The notes: a model not told the origin generated them from the sequence alone. 64,000 bases of DNA from Felis catus (GCF_018350175.1 NC_058368.1:175710001-175774000); one strand, 5' to 3'. Counted from the stretch's first letter, positions 13,476-26,722 are shown. Numbers and translations are program-made.

Positions 13476-13668
13476 AGCAGTTCTCCCAGTTGGGGTCCCT
13501 GGGACCGCAGCAGCACAGGCATCAACTGGGAATGCTAGAAATGCAAATTCTCAGGTTCCAGCCCAGATCTAACTGACTTCTAACTCTGGGGGTGGGGCCC
13601 GGCAATTTGTTCGTTTTAACGAGAACTCCAGGGGTTTCTGACGCTTGCTGAAGTTTGCAAGGCACCGC
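13476..13668. mobile_element. MER5A hAT MITE
   Basis: gcagcacaggcatcaactgggaatgctagaaatgcaaattctcagg...actctgggggtggggccc. Confidence 0.8.
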
Positions 13669-14605
13669 ATTACGTAGCCCGTATGGGAGCTTCCAGTCTG
13701 ACTGCAGTTGGCTGGGGGCAGAGCTTGGGGTGCGACAGACCCGGGAGAAGTCTCCGTGCCTCCACTTCTAGCCAGTGGACTTGGGCAAACTGGCTGCTCT
13801 CTAGGCCTCAGCTTCCTCATCTGCGAAAGGGGAGGGATATGTGACTTTGCAATAAGGCACCAGACACAGTCCTGTCAGTGTCTAGAACACCGGAAGGGCT
13901 CGGTAAAGCGGTAATTACTATTGTTGTTGGTTTTCCTCTTAAACAATCAGGTACCAGGGATTTATGTTCTGAGAAAGGGTCAAGTTTCTCTGGCTTGAAC
14001 CCCTACCATCATCCCCCAACTAACGTTCCCATAAGGACTGGTGAGTAAATTGCTAAAGGGCCCTCTGCTACCCATCAGATGGGAAGCTTTCTGCGTTTGA
14101 ATGAGGCCAAGGATTTCAATTACCCGGGATTACAAAGGAGGGCCTCGGATGCACCATATGGCCTGGGCCCGGTCGCCCCATCGTTCTGTGTGATCAGAGA
14201 CTCTCGTGTGAGATATTAACATAATATCCCTTCCAAAAGCGATTACAGAGTTGCAGGCAGCAGAATGTCATTTGGTGGCCGCGGCCCGCTCTCATCAGCG
14301 GCGATGACTAAACAAGCTAATCAAATCAGCACAAATTTGCACACGGGCCCGGCAGCTGGGCCTCGAAATCGCCATGGCAGAGGCATAATCCTGCCGTGGG
14401 ATGGCTTGACTAATGCGCTCCCGGTGGGCAGCCGGGCCCTGGTGGGCGGCCTGGCAAGTCTTCACGGTGAGGGCGGATGCACCCACAGGCCACCACAGCA
14501 TTGGTCTTGGAAGGGACCAAGAGTCTGCATCAGCAAACAGCAAACCGAGAGGAGAAGGAAGGGTAGGCATCTGTGCCCCAGTCTCTCCAGCGTTGCTGTA
14601 TCACC

Positions 14606-14639
14606 GTGTGTGTGTGTGTGTGCGTGTGTGTGTGTGTGT
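14606..14639 (+). repeat. (TG)n microsatellite
   Basis: About 17 TG units with one CG interruption. Confidence 0.95.
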
Positions 14640-14704
14640 AAATACAGACAGAAAGAGAAGACAGAGGGAGACTGGCTGTCACGTGCACTTTCCTCCCATC
14701 ACTT

Positions 14705-15145
14705 CCCGAGAACATGGACTCTGGAGGCTGCGTTGGTTCAAGTTTCGGTTCTGTCATTTGCTGTGTGTCCTTGAGCAAGATACTTAATGTCTCTGAGTTC
14801 AGTGTCCTCGTTCCGAAAATGGGATTGGTGAGGGGCACCCGAGTGGCTCAGTCAGTTGAGCATCTGGCTCTTGATTTTGGCTCAGGTTATGGGATCAAGC
14901 CTTGTGCCGGGCTCCGTGCTGGGCATGGGGCCTGCTTGACATTCCCTCTCTCCCTCTGCCCTTCCCCCACTGGTGCAAGCACGTGCACACACACACACAC
15001 TCTCTCTCTAAAAAATATGGGCATGGTGAATGTTCTAATCTCTTGAGGTTGTTATGAAGATTAAATGAAATATTGTAAAGTTCATCACATGATGTCTGAC
15101 ATAGTGTTCAATAAACGGCAGTTATTATTATTATTATTATTGTTA
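14705..15145 (+). mobile_element. MIR SINE split by an old Can-SINE (14832-15015)
   Basis: MIR halves flank ggggcacccgagtggctcagtcagttgagcatc...; degenerate TSD aaaatgggattggtga / aaaatatgggcatggtga; (ATT)n end. Confidence 0.85.
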
Positions 15146-15799
15146 TTATATTGTGCAACAAACTTCACCGTGGGCCTTCAATGTGCCAGGCCCCAGGCTC
15201 TGGGAATGCCAAGTGAAGGATGATGCTGTCCCTGCCTTCAAGGAATATATAACGCAACGGGGGTGCAAATGGGTAAGAACAACAATATCCCGTGATGAGT
15301 TGTGAGAGAAGAGGCGAGCAGCCGGGAGGTACAGAGTGCCCACAGCAGAGCGCCCCAGCTTTGGGGACCTGGGAAATCATCCAAGAGGAGGTGATCCCAC
15401 AGCCAGTTTGGGGAGAGGGAGGTGGGATCACGTAGGAGAGCAACAGCGGAAGCAGAGACCGGAAGTCAGAAACAGGTGCCTGGCTGGGCTTCCCGAGTCC
15501 CCTGAGAGGCAGAAGTGGGCAATCTGCCCAAGGTCTGGGCTTCTCCAATCTGAGACGAGATCAGAAGGTACAGCCACATCCAAGGAAGCTGGGATAAAGG
15601 GACACTCTCCTGGAGAACCGCATCCACCGAATCTTGGCTCCCAGGCAGGAAATGGAGGCACCTCTAGGGCAGCAGGAGAGAAAAGAGGCAAGGAAGGTGC
15701 CTCCCTGCACACGCCTGAGCCAAGGCCCTTCCCAGGCTGCCGCTCTATCTGCAGAGGAGTGGGGTGCCAGCTCAGCACCCCCCACCGCAGTCGCCTCCT

Positions 15800-16190
15800 T
15801 TTCTACCTCACAGATTGTCAAAAAGCCGATGCAATTACTGACTTTATACCTATCTCTTTTCAAAACCTAATTCACTAATTTAAACAAAAACTTCCTAGCA
15901 CTGCCATAACTGGAAAGCCAGTCCCATTTGCCACTGAGAGAAGACAGCTGTGCAAATAAAATGGACACCAAACAAGGTTCTACGTCTCTCTCGTCAGATG
16001 CTGTCGGTTCCTGAGGACGGGGGGTCTGGGTCTGGGAGTGAGGGGGTGGAGGTGGAGACGAGCAAGTGTTCCGAGAGGTGACAAAGACATCCCAGCACCC
16101 AGGTGAGACTCCTCCATGTAATCACAAGGAAGGAACGAAAGTTGAAAGGGGACAAATGCTCGCTGGTTAATTCAGTGTAGACCGCTTCCC
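15800..16190. mobile_element. MER113-like hAT-Charlie fragment
   Basis: Shares gcaagtgtt..gagagg..., tgagact(t)cctcc and taatca motifs with the 53535-54005 element. Confidence 0.5.
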
Positions 16191-16749
16191 CGTTTGCTCT
16201 GTTCTCGCAGACCACAGGTCCTCATCCCAGCTACTAGCCCGGCCCCAGGGGAGATGTTGGCCCCAAGAATCTCAAAAGCCCTTTCTAACTATAAAACTCT
16301 CCGCTGCCCTGAATTTATCAGCTCTTTAGGACAGGGAGACATGACAAGGCATGAGCCACAGGCCACCGCGCCTGTCCTGAGTTACTCCCACCCAGTGACG
16401 CAGACCGGGATGACACTGCCCGGCCTTGTGGCCTCTGGTGTGGCTCGGTGGGCAGGAACCACCCTCCCTCAGGAGATGGCAGTGCCCAGACTTTTCTCCT
16501 CAGACTCTTGGCCAGACACCTGCTGTGATCCTTCCCATGGCCCCACCTTAGCGACACCTGTTTCCGTGGCTTCCTTCGGCCCACCAGCCCAGCCTCACCC
16601 CTACTTCCAACTCCAGTCCAGTGACTTCACCCCTAACCCTCAGAACAGAGGCAAAGCCCCCAGCAGGCCAACGCGACCCCTGATCTACCCATGCTGCCGC
16701 CCTGGGCCGCCTCTCTCCTGACTCCCCAGCCAGCTCCCTTTCTCAGAAG

Positions 16750-16960
16750 ACCTGGCTTCAAATTCTAGCTCTGCCACTTGCGTGCCGGAGTCCCAGACAG
16801 CTCACGTCCTCTCTCTCAACCTCAGTTTCCTCCTCTGTAGTAAGGGTCATAAGATCACTGCCCTCCCAAGGTTGTTTTGAGAATCAAAGGAAATAATATC
16901 GGCAAGGGAATTTGCAAAGGCGGCGAAACGCTGCTCCACGCAAGTGAACAAATGAACGAG
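16750..16960 (+). mobile_element. MIR SINE
   Basis: cctggcttcaaattctagctctgccactt...cctcagtttcctcctctgtag...aggttgttttgagaatcaaagg. Confidence 0.75.
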
Positions 16961-17582
16961 GGAATCGCCGAAGGGAAGAATGAATGAACGAATGAACCTA
17001 GTAGACCTGTGGGGGATAGACAGAAAGCCACATGTAAACTCGAGGGACCGGGGTTCTTGTCCCGGCCTAGAGCCACCTGACAGGTCACCGTGGGCAAGGC
17101 ACTTTGCCTCACAGGCCTCAGTTGCCCCGTCCATCGAGCAAGTTATCTCCGGATTCCTGCAGAGGTTGTTTCCAGCTTTGCAAGGTAAGCAGCGGTTCAG
17201 GGTGTGAGCCCGGCAAGCGTGCCTCTGCAGGTGCATGGTCTACCTGAAGCACAGTCTACGTCCACTATCGTCCAGGCCTGGGCAGCGTACCCAGGAGGAT
17301 GGGCAGGAAAGAGCAATCTCTCTTATGCAGCAGGGTGGGCATGGCATTGAACCGTGCAGGTAAAAATACCGACCGGGCCATTTCCCAGACGGCTGACGAT
17401 CTTAAGCAAGTGACGTGAGTGATGAACCTTTGCTTTCCTCATCGGTAAAATGGGGTGAACTTTACCATTCTCCCTGGTATGCTGGCAGAACTGAAGGAGA
17501 GGGCTGATTCTTACCACTCGCTGGTTCTTGCTGCATACACGTGTCAAACTCTCAACAAAAGGTAGTGTTCTTATTTTTTGCC

Positions 17583-17748
17583 TTTTTTAAATGTTTATTT
17601 ACTCTGAGAGAGAGAGGATATCCCAAGCATGCTCTGTGCTGTCAGTGCAGAGCCCAATGCGGGGCTTGAACTCACGAACCATGAGATCATTGACCTGAGC
17701 TGAAATCAAGAGTCAGATGCTTAACCGACTGAGCCACCCAGGCGCCCC
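17583..17748 (-). mobile_element. Can-SINE with shortened (CT)n region
   Basis: tttaaatgtttattta...gcttaaccgactgagccacccaggcgcccc. Confidence 0.93.
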
Positions 17749-18504
17749 TCTTTTTCGCATTTTTAATTATCGCTGACCTGTTACAAATAGCCTTCACGTT
17801 GAACGAAAGGGTCTGCAGACAGAAAGAACATCAAGCGAAGCCACAGGATTTGGGGGTGCTCTGTTCTTCAGGCCCTTCTCGACCACACCTGGGGCGGCCA
17901 AACCTGAAGGGCCCAGAGGGAGAGCAGAGGTGAGACAGGCCAGGCCTCAGGGTGGTGGTGGCCCTGGTCACCTCCTGCTCCTTCTCAGCCCTGCCCTGGA
18001 GGCCAGGAGGGAGACCCCCAACCCCCTCCCCACCACATCCCTAACCCCTTCTGAGATCCACTCACGATCTTAATGAACAGACACAGAGACTGTGCAGGCA
18101 GAGGTGTGTGTGAGTGCACAGCACCGCGGATGACAGTGCTGACCAGGAAAATGGGAACCTGAGTCTGATCCCTGGTGCCGATGCCCCTCAACTCCGCGAC
18201 CTGCGCCAATGACCCACCCCTCTGTGCTTCAGTTTCCTTCTCTGTGAAAGGAGGACGGTGTCGAGAAGACGACGTTACATCGCGCAGGGATCCTGATTAG
18301 CAATGCCTGCTTCTGGTTCACAGTCCACGCTCCACGGGTCCCAACAGCTGTGTTGTGTAGACGGCAGTGTATTTCCCTTTAGGCTGCCGTGCTGGGGGGA
18401 CAATGTGGCGCGATCAGGAAGGGAATGTTGGCCCTTGAAGTAGGGCTCCTTGGCCTTCTGAAGCAGGAGGCAGTACAACAACGTGTGAAAGGGGTTCCGG
18501 CCGG

Positions 18505-18677
18505 GGATCCCCCCACTGGCTGCACATTCGGATGTCCTGAGGAGGTCTGAAAAATCCAGTGCAGGGCCATTTCCCAGACCAACTGCTTCAGACTCACTGG
18601 GGCATGGCAACCTGGCGGGAGGCTTATTTAAAGCTCTCCAGGTGCTTCTAGTGTGGAGCCAGGGTTGAGAACCAGGG
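18505..18677. mobile_element. MER5-family MITE
   Basis: ctggctgcacattcggatgtcctgagg...aaagctctccaggtgcttctagtgtggagccagggttgagaacc. Confidence 0.7.
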
Positions 18678-19404
18678 GCTTCCATCAAAAGCACAATCTC
18701 CCGGGTCAGTCCAGCCTGGGCTGAAGTCCCGGCTCTGTTACTTGTAAGTGCAGCCCTGCGTGAGGTACACAACTCACTGGGTCTTGGTGTTTTCATTTGC
18801 AAAAAGCAAGCAGTAATACTATATCCTCACGAGGATGATAAGGATACAGAGACTCTCTGAGAAGGCAGGTAAAAGCACAGAGGCCCAGCACTTATTAAGT
18901 CCTCCATAAATGACAGCTGTTATCATAGATGTCCTTCCTTCCGATAAATTCACAGTCACAGTACAACATTAGGTAAAGGCAAATTCAACTACAGACATTC
19001 AGGACCAGAACATTTACTTATGCACTGCTTTCTTTTTATTTGCTTGTTGGTGTTTGTTAAACCCCACCTTGTTTTAGGAAAAACGAAGACTTCCAGGTGT
19101 ATCTGCATTACAAATATTGTTAAGTTATCCAAAGTAGCACCTCTCACCAGACATGAATGCTTTACATGGCTTGGTTCTTCAGTGCTGTGTTTCTAGGAGG
19201 GTAAGAAACACATGAGCCCCTCCGTGGGGCTCCGTGCAAATGAAGTCACGCACGACAGACACCTTTGACGGCTAGCTGTTGCTTTCCACATTCTCAGAAG
19301 GGCCCTTGACCCCACCAGCTGTTTGCCCGGTCTTGGAAGCAGCTGATTTTGGACTCTACCAATCTGCCCTGGTTACAGAGTGAACTACAGCTCAAAATCC
19401 ACAG

Positions 19405-19510
19405 AGGAAGGAAGGAAGGAAGGAAGGAGGGAAGGAAGGAAAGAAGGGAGGAAGGAAGGAAGGAAGGAAGGAGGGAAGGAAGGAAGGAAGGAAGGAAGGA
19501 AGGAAGGAAG
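19405..19510 (+). repeat. (GGAA)n microsatellite, ~105 bp
   Basis: ggaaggaaggaagg... with GGGA/GAAA interruptions. Confidence 0.97.
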
Positions 19511-19696
19511 ATGGGGGAATGTTCCAGAAAGGCCAGCGGGTGGAGGAGAACTCAGGAGAACTGGATTCGAGGTTCACCACTCATAGAGCTTACTGGCTGT
19601 GAGCCTTAGTCCTCCACTTGATAAGATGGGGGTGGCCAGTGCTGTCGTCTGCCAATGCACCTATATCACATGGTTTCAGAGGCTGTGCAAGGGCAC

Positions 19697-20128
19697 TGTT
19701 TGCGTTTCCTGTGGCTACCGTAACGAATAACCACAAACCTGGGGCGGGCGTGGTGGTGCCGAAAACAACAACTATCATTCTCTTCGTTTTGAAATCAAGG
19801 TGTTAGCAGGGCCACGCTCTCTCAGAAGGTTCTAGAAGAGAACACTTCAAGCCTCTGGTGGTTGTGGCATCTCTTGGCTTATGTCGGCACCACTCCAATC
19901 TCTACCTATAGTTACTGTCTCCTCTCCTGTCTTCTCTGTGGGTCTCTTGTAGGGACACCTGTCATTGAATTGAGGGCCCACAAAAATAACCCAGGATGAT
20001 CCCCTCGTCTCAAAATCCTTTAGTTCATTACATTTGGACCCTTTTTCCAAATGAGGTCACATTCACAGGTTCCAGGGATTAGGACGTGGGCATATCATTT
20101 GGGATGGGCTGCCAGTTAGCCCCTTGTC
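19697..20128 (-). mobile_element. MaLR solo LTR (MLT1B/C-like)
   Basis: tttcctgtggctaccgtaacgaataaccacaaacctgg...gaaatcaaggtgttagcagggccac...tttccaaatgaggtcacattcacaggttccagggattaggacgtgg. Confidence 0.85.
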
Positions 20129-20249
20129 AACCGTCTGAGAGTGTTTTGAACTACAACCTATTGCTGGAGGGATAACAGGTTTCACAGTGCCCGCCAGCCT
20201 GAGGGGCTGGTGACGGCAGCCTGGAGAACGACAGAACGCCATCCCTGAT

Positions 20250-21160
20250 CACCTACTGTGTGCCAGGCAATGCACTGACTGCTTTCCACAATCTCTCTCC
20301 TTTCATCCCCACGGCAACGAAGCCAAGTACTCTGGTCCCCCTTCCTCAGATGGGGAACCTGAGGTTCAGAGGGCTGAAGTACTTGGCCCAGGTCACTCAC
20401 AGCATAAGGGGTAGAACTGAACTGGGATTTCAGCCGAGGCGGATTCTGAGTCGCCCAAAACAGTGACAATCTGCATCCAGCAAGCATGCAGGCCGGAAAC
20501 ACTGGCTCCTTCTTCCCATGGTCCTCATCAAGTTGGCATCGCCCTGCTGATGTCAACTGCAGGGTCCTCAAGTCTACACCCCCCCCCCTCCATCCCTGCA
20601 CGATGCCCCAGTTCAGGCCTTTATCACCTTGTTCCTGGACCACAGCCCAAGTACCCATGACTGCTCTTTTGGAGTTCTGGCATTTCCCCCAGCTTCCTGC
20701 TCATTAAACCCACCCACCTCTCAGCAGCTAACGTGAATTTGGGAAAACTGAATTCCAGCCACATCATTTCCCTACTTGTGATCCTTCAGGACTCACGGGT
20801 CCAAGTTCACGCTCCTTAATTGTATGATCAGTACAGGCCTCTGTCATCTGGCCACTTCTTTTTTGGCCTCACCTCATTCCCCTTCCTGAGTCATGTAGCC
20901 AAGTTGCCCTAGCACTGATCTGGCTGTAGCTCCCCACCTACAACGTGCTGTTTGCACCTCGGGGCCACTGCATAAGCAGCGCTCCCTGCCTGGAACACCA
21001 CCCCCCTCTTCCAGCCCCTCTGTTCTACTTTCCAGCCCGCATACTCTTTGAGGGCAAGGGACTGCGTCTGTCTTGTTCGCTGTTCCATCCCTAGGCTCAG
21101 CATAAAGCCTGGCTCATAGCAGCGGATCAACGAACACTTCTGAATAATAAATGGACAAGT
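20250..21160. mobile_element. MIR (-, ~20250-20450) followed by L2 (+, ~20460-21160)
   Basis: cagatggggaacctgaggttcagagggctgaagtacttggcccaggtcac (MIR); gagggcaagggactgcgtctgtcttgttc...cctggctcatagc (L2 end). Confidence 0.65.
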
Positions 21161-21349
21161 TGAAGGAGGCCTAGGGTTGACCTGAGTATCCTTTTCTGGG
21201 CTCCAGTAACAGTATTATACTGCAATTTTCCATCTCCCCCACCAGCCTGTGAGCTCATCCAGGATGGAGGGGCCCGATCTAAGGTTACAGACCCAGGACC
21301 CCAAGATGCTCCATGACATGCCTGGTTAGGTTTACCCCATGTTTCCTGT

Positions 21350-21605
21350 CTTTAAGAAAATGTTTTAATTAATTGCTAATATTTCAGTATCAGGTGGTCT
21401 CAAAAAAAAAAATTCAAATTCAGGTTTCTCTGAACAAATATGATCTGGCCACACTGGACTGGGTCCCCGCATGACAAAGATGGGCCGGGGTTGGGTAGCA
21501 GGTGCCCCTTCAGGCAGGACCCGGGCTGTCCAGTCCCCACAGGCCCACCCAGCCCACTTGATGCATCTTTGTCACCTGCCTGGCCCCTCTGGCATTTGAA
21601 TTTTC
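21350..21605. mobile_element. MER102-like hAT element
   Basis: gatctggccacactgg...tccccgcatgac...gtcacctgcctggcccctctggcatttgaattt. Confidence 0.7.
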
Positions 21606-21740
21606 TGGTCTCAGGACGTGTCATATTCATCTAAGAAACACTCCTTTCACCTGTGTGCTTATTGGGTCTCTGATGCATGACATGCCTTACCCGCAAGGCC
21701 AAATAAGCCAAACACTTCAGTTGAATGAAACCTGCTTTTC

Positions 21741-21980
21741 CTTCCTTTCTTTCTTTCTTTTTTTTTTTTTTTTGTTTAATGTTTATTTTTTTTTGAGAGA
21801 GAGAAAGAGAGAGCACAAGCCGGGGAGGAGCAGAGAGAGAGGGAGACGCAGAATCCGAAACAGGCTCCAGGCTCCGAGCGGTCAGCACAGAGTTTGACGC
21901 GGGGCTCGAACTCACGAACCGCGAGATCATGACCTGAGCCGAAGCCGGATGCTCAACCGACTAAGCCACCCAGGCGCCCC
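21741..21980 (-). mobile_element. Can-SINE
   Basis: TSD tgaaacctgcttttc at 21726-21740 and 21981-21995. Confidence 0.97.
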
Positions 21981-22120
21981 TGAAACCTGCTTTTCTTAGC
22001 CAAGAGAGAAACCAGATCAGTTCCAAGAGTCCAAGTGCCCATGAGATTTTTAAAAGCATGGGTTGTCCACAGTCCGCACACGCTGCCTCATAACCGGGCC
22101 ACAGGGCTGGGTCCCCTCGG

Positions 22121-22275
22121 GCAGTGCTTCTCCAGTTTGAACATGTGCAGGAATCCCCTGGGATGGTGAGGGGAAGGGGTCGGTTAACATGCAGATTCAG
22201 ATGACAGGGTCCAGGCGGTGCCTGAGACTCTGCATTCTAACAGGCTCCCAGAGGAAGACGGTCCCTGCACTCTTT
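22121..22275. mobile_element. MER5B-like MITE
   Basis: cagtgcttctccagtttgaacatgtgcaggaatcccctggg...gcctgagactctgcattctaacaggctcccag. Confidence 0.7.
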
Positions 22276-24178
22276 CCACAGCAGCCTCAGCAGCACCCCC
22301 ACAATAGGCAAGCGAGGCCCTGCTGCCTGGCTACCTGGAAATACATCTCCCAGGTCATTCAGGTGCTCTTGGGAGCACCACTTGCCGAGTCACCACCTCC
22401 CAGAATGTCTATTTCATTTCAGTCCAGGAAAGGAAAATACGGCAGGCAAGGGATACACAGGAGGTGAGGTGGGGAGTGGCAGGGCTTAGACATCTATGCT
22501 TTTGCAGCTGTCTTCCCCACTCCCCAAGGCTGACCCCCTTAAGTCCCAGAGTGGGTTAGCTCATGGGGTCTCAGGCTGGGAGCCCATGTGGGCTGAGGGA
22601 TGCTCCCAGGGGGACCAAAAGATTGAGGCCAAGTCAACCTCATCGGCCCAGACCCCAACTTGCAAGTTTTTGTTTTGTTTTGTTTTGTTTTTTGAACAGC
22701 CTTCGCATTCAAGCTCCCGTTCCCAGCGTATTATTTTTCCTGTCGGCAGAAGGGAAGGCCTTTGCCCTAGCACGTCAGGGATCTCAGAGGAAGCAGAAAG
22801 AAAACTGACACACGCAGAACGGGTCCCAGGGGCTTCTCGCACCGAGCTTGTAAACAGGAAGTTGCAGGTACACTCTATGGGACACCCTGGAGTTTTCTGG
22901 TTTGTTTTGCTGCAGCCATTCAGACGTTGGACTCATTCAGATAAACTGGGGAGAGGATTATCAGAAAGTCACTGAGCCCACCCCCTACGCCAGCAATGCT
23001 TGCTGATAGCAAAGCTGCTGGGCAAAGATCTGCACCCAGGGAGGGGGCAGGCAGCTGGGTGGTGCCACAGGCTGCAGGGATGTGCCCTCTGATTACTCTA
23101 CCCCCCTTTCTCAAAAATCCCCTGGTGCCAACATCCCCCTCCCCTTGCCAAAAGGCAGAATTTCTAGAAGCCAACCCCTGGACGGTGGCTGCAGCTGGCA
23201 TAGCTTTTCAGCAGCAGGCAAGAGAAGGAAGGGGAGATTCTGGGATGCCTGCTCTTGGCTTTCATTATTGTCCCATGTTTTCAAAGTGCCAGCTCCGGAG
23301 GGGGCTGGGGAGAGAAGGGTTTGGGGATTTGTTCGGCCTAGGTATACATAAATAGCAGCAGACAAACTGTCCTTTATCAGCTATTTCCCAGGAAACAGGG
23401 AGAAAATTCTTCTCGTAAAAGAAGAGCCTCACCGTTCTGGGAGACAGCCCCCTCTTCTTCTCTCTCCCCTGTGCGGAACACTAAGTCACTGTTCCTGACA
23501 CCCACCAGGAGGGACCCTGTCGGAGAGAAGGCAGGGCGGGCTGGGTGAGCTGGGCAGCTGCTAAGAAGCCAGGGTCGCTGCCAGCCAGAGCACAGAAATT
23601 CTTTCCCAGGAAAGGGGAGGTTATGTACCCTGCTGGGTAAACTGGAAATTCTTAACCACACAGGGTAACTAGAATCAAAAAGAGCAGAAAACCCGTTGTG
23701 GGCTTTACCAGGAGTTGTAAGTATGCTTAGGGGGAAAAAAATGACAAATATATTTGAATTATTTTTTCCCTGAACCAGGAAGAGGCATTTCCAATAAGTC
23801 CATCAAGTAAAGCACTCCAGTGTTCTCTCCTGTTGGTGTTTCAAGGCTGGTTTTGTTATTTCTTCACACAGATGGCCTAGAAAACACTCAATATATTTTT
23901 CTTTTCTTTCATCCCCCCCCCCTTTTTTTGCTTCAAAGAATTTAAGTCTCTCTCATTTGCTCATTTCTTGTTTCCTTTCTATTTTCGATTTAGATAAGAC
24001 AGTGACTTTAAAAGGCCTTAAGACTATTTACAACACAGGAGAATTTGAGATTCTTTCTTCATAAAAATAATAGGTTCAAACCCCTGCAATCATTAACTAA
24101 CATTTCACTGAGCACTTGCAGAGTGCCTGGATCTGTGCCAGTGACTTACAGCAGGGGCTTCTAGAAGACTCATGTGCA

Positions 24179-24544
24179 TAGTTCTGTTTGTAATCCTGTT
24201 TTTCATCAACGTTTTTTGTTATAGAACTGTGAGTTCTTTATGTATTTTGGATATTAACCCCTTATCCGATAGATGGTTTGCAGATATTTTCTCCCATTCT
24301 GCCTTTTCATTTTGTTGCTCGCTTCTTTCGCGGTGCAGAAGCTTTTTCGTTTCACGCAGTCCCACTTGTTGATTTTTGGCAATCTGATTTCTGGGTATTT
24401 ATCCAAAGGAAGTAGAAACAGGATCTTGAAAAGATAATCTGCACTCCCAGGGTCTTTGCAGCATTTTACATAATGGCCAAGATAGGGAAGCAGCCTGAAT
24501 GTCCGTTAACAGATGGATGGATAAGGATGTGACATGTGTCTCAT

Positions 24545-24590
<46 letters not shown>

Positions 24591-25139
24591 GAATACTACT
24601 CAGCCGTGAGAAAGAAGGAAATCCTGCCATTTGCAACCTGGATAGACCTTGAGGGTATTACTAATGCTAAGTGAGATAAGTTAGAGGGAGAAAGACAAAT
24701 ACTTATACGTGGAATCTAGAAAAATTGAACTCATAGAAACAGAGTAGAATGGTGGCTCTCAGGGGCTGGGGAAGGGTAGACTGGAGAGAAGCTGGTCAAA
24801 GCATACAAACTTGCAGTAAGTTTGTTGTGTGGAAACCAATTTGACAATAAATTTGATATTAAAAAAAAAAGAAGATGAGTAAGTTCTGGGGATCCGATGT
24901 ACCATATTGTGATTAGAGGCAATAATACTATATTATATAAAGTCACTAAGAAACTAGAACTTAAGCATTCTCTCTACAAGAAAGAAATGATAATTATATG
25001 ACCCGATGAAGGTGGTTAGCTAACTACTATGGTGGTAATCACACTGTAATAAATACAATAAATGTATCAGATCAACATGTAGTACCCTTTAAACTTACAC
25101 AACGTTATATGTCAATTATATCTCAATTAAAAAAAAAAA
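24179..25139 (+). mobile_element. 5'-truncated, 5'-inverted L1 (L1MA9/carnivore L1-like)
   Basis: 24179-24378 is an antisense ORF2-end segment (tattttggatattaaccccttatc...gtgcagaagctttt); 24379-25139 is the sense 3' end with poly(A); TSD-like aagact(c/g)atgtg at 24165 and 25140; (CA)n at 24547-24588. Confidence 0.85.
24823..24870 (+). mobile_element. ~48 bp 3' tip of a felid L1 nested in the older L1
   Basis: tgttgtgtggaaaccaatttgacaataaatttgatattA10 matches the recalled cat L1 terminus; absent from the paralogous L1 at 41270-41300. Confidence 0.7.
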
Positions 25140-26722
25140 AAGACTGATGTGTGAACAAACCACCTGGAGAGCTGGTCAAAACAGAGCCTGATTCAGTAGC
25201 TCTGGGGCCCTGGGAGCCTGCATTCCTAACAGCAAAGTAGTAGCAAGCTTTTGAGTAGCAAAAGCTTTTACTCCCACACATTGAGTAGCAAAGCTTTTAC
25301 TTCCAACCCAATCCCATCTAGTCCTCGCATAAGGTTGGCAGAATCGATTGGGGTAAAAGAAGCTAGGGGTTTTTCCCTACAAAAGGGAGGAAGACGGGCT
25401 TTAAGCAATCTTTAGTTTTAGATCAAGAAGTGCTGCTATGGAAAGGTAAGCAGATGGAGGTAAGACACCCCGGGGGCAGGGACACGGCCAGGTCTGAGAC
25501 ATCTTCCCTGGGCTGTGAAACATGGGGCTAAATGCTTCGGGCTTTTGAAACAGAAAATGCTTTGAAAACCACTGATATACTGTGGTTTTAAATACAGTTT
25601 TATCTTGTCATAAAGTGGACTGGAGGGATGTCTGGTGCCCTCAAGCTTAGACTTGGGTCAGGTTGGACACGGTATGGCTCCATTAAAGGTAGACTGAGTC
25701 TTGCCTGACTCGAACCTCTGCTAGCATTTTGAGGATTGACTTAGTGATAATAATACTGCAACTTTTGGATTATTATTATTATTTTTTTTACCAAATGTGG
25801 CATTACTGAATCCACCCTGGTTGGTGTTGAGAAGCTGTGCCTTGGCTTGCTGGGCCCAGTCAGCTGGAGACGGGATGCTCTCTGATTAATGTTGCCAACT
25901 CCATGGTGAAATCTAACTCTTCATGAGAATTTAGACCTACTCTGTCACTAAGTGCTTTTCACGGTGCATCTACTTAGCAAGTATCTAGCTATCAGCCATT
26001 CATCTCTTGCTACAAGGATATCAGATGCCATTCGATATAAAAACCCATGACCACCCCCCCCCAAAAAAAAGACACATGTCCATGGCTGGAACAAAATGAT
26101 GAAATCCACCGGAATCGCATTCAGGGAAAGCTGTAAGAACAAATATTTGAGGAACAGCAGGTGAGAAGTGTAGATACCCAGGGCTGCTGTTACAGAATTC
26201 CAGAGCCTACTTCCCAGGGCACAACTCCAGAATATACCATGAGGACTGCCTCCTAGAGTTGTGCTCTACAGAGGTACTGAGGAGACTACCACCTCCCCCG
26301 CCCAGAGAATGGGGAATATTCTGATAACAGGTGTGGTCCCTAAACTACCACCTAGCAAAAGCGGGTTTCCTGGAGGCACTGTGTTTACGGAGCCCCAAGA
26401 ATTTACTGATTCTGACAGCAATATTCCTTTGCATGACAGAAGGGAGACAGGGCAGACGGGGGAAAACTACCCAGCGGTCAAAATCTGCAAGGTTTTGCTG
26501 TGAACTATTATGGGATGGGACCGTGCCCCCGACACACAAATCGTCAGTAAAGTCGATGCAAGTGAATTTTGTGTGCGAGGGCTGGATTCCGAGTCCAGGC
26601 TGAGCCTGAGTCAGCACATATGAAGAATGAATCGTCAGACAGTTCATCAGTGACTCATTTATTCATTGACTACCTACTGCATACACACAGTAAGGCAGGA
26701 ACAGGGAATAGACATGCTTGAA

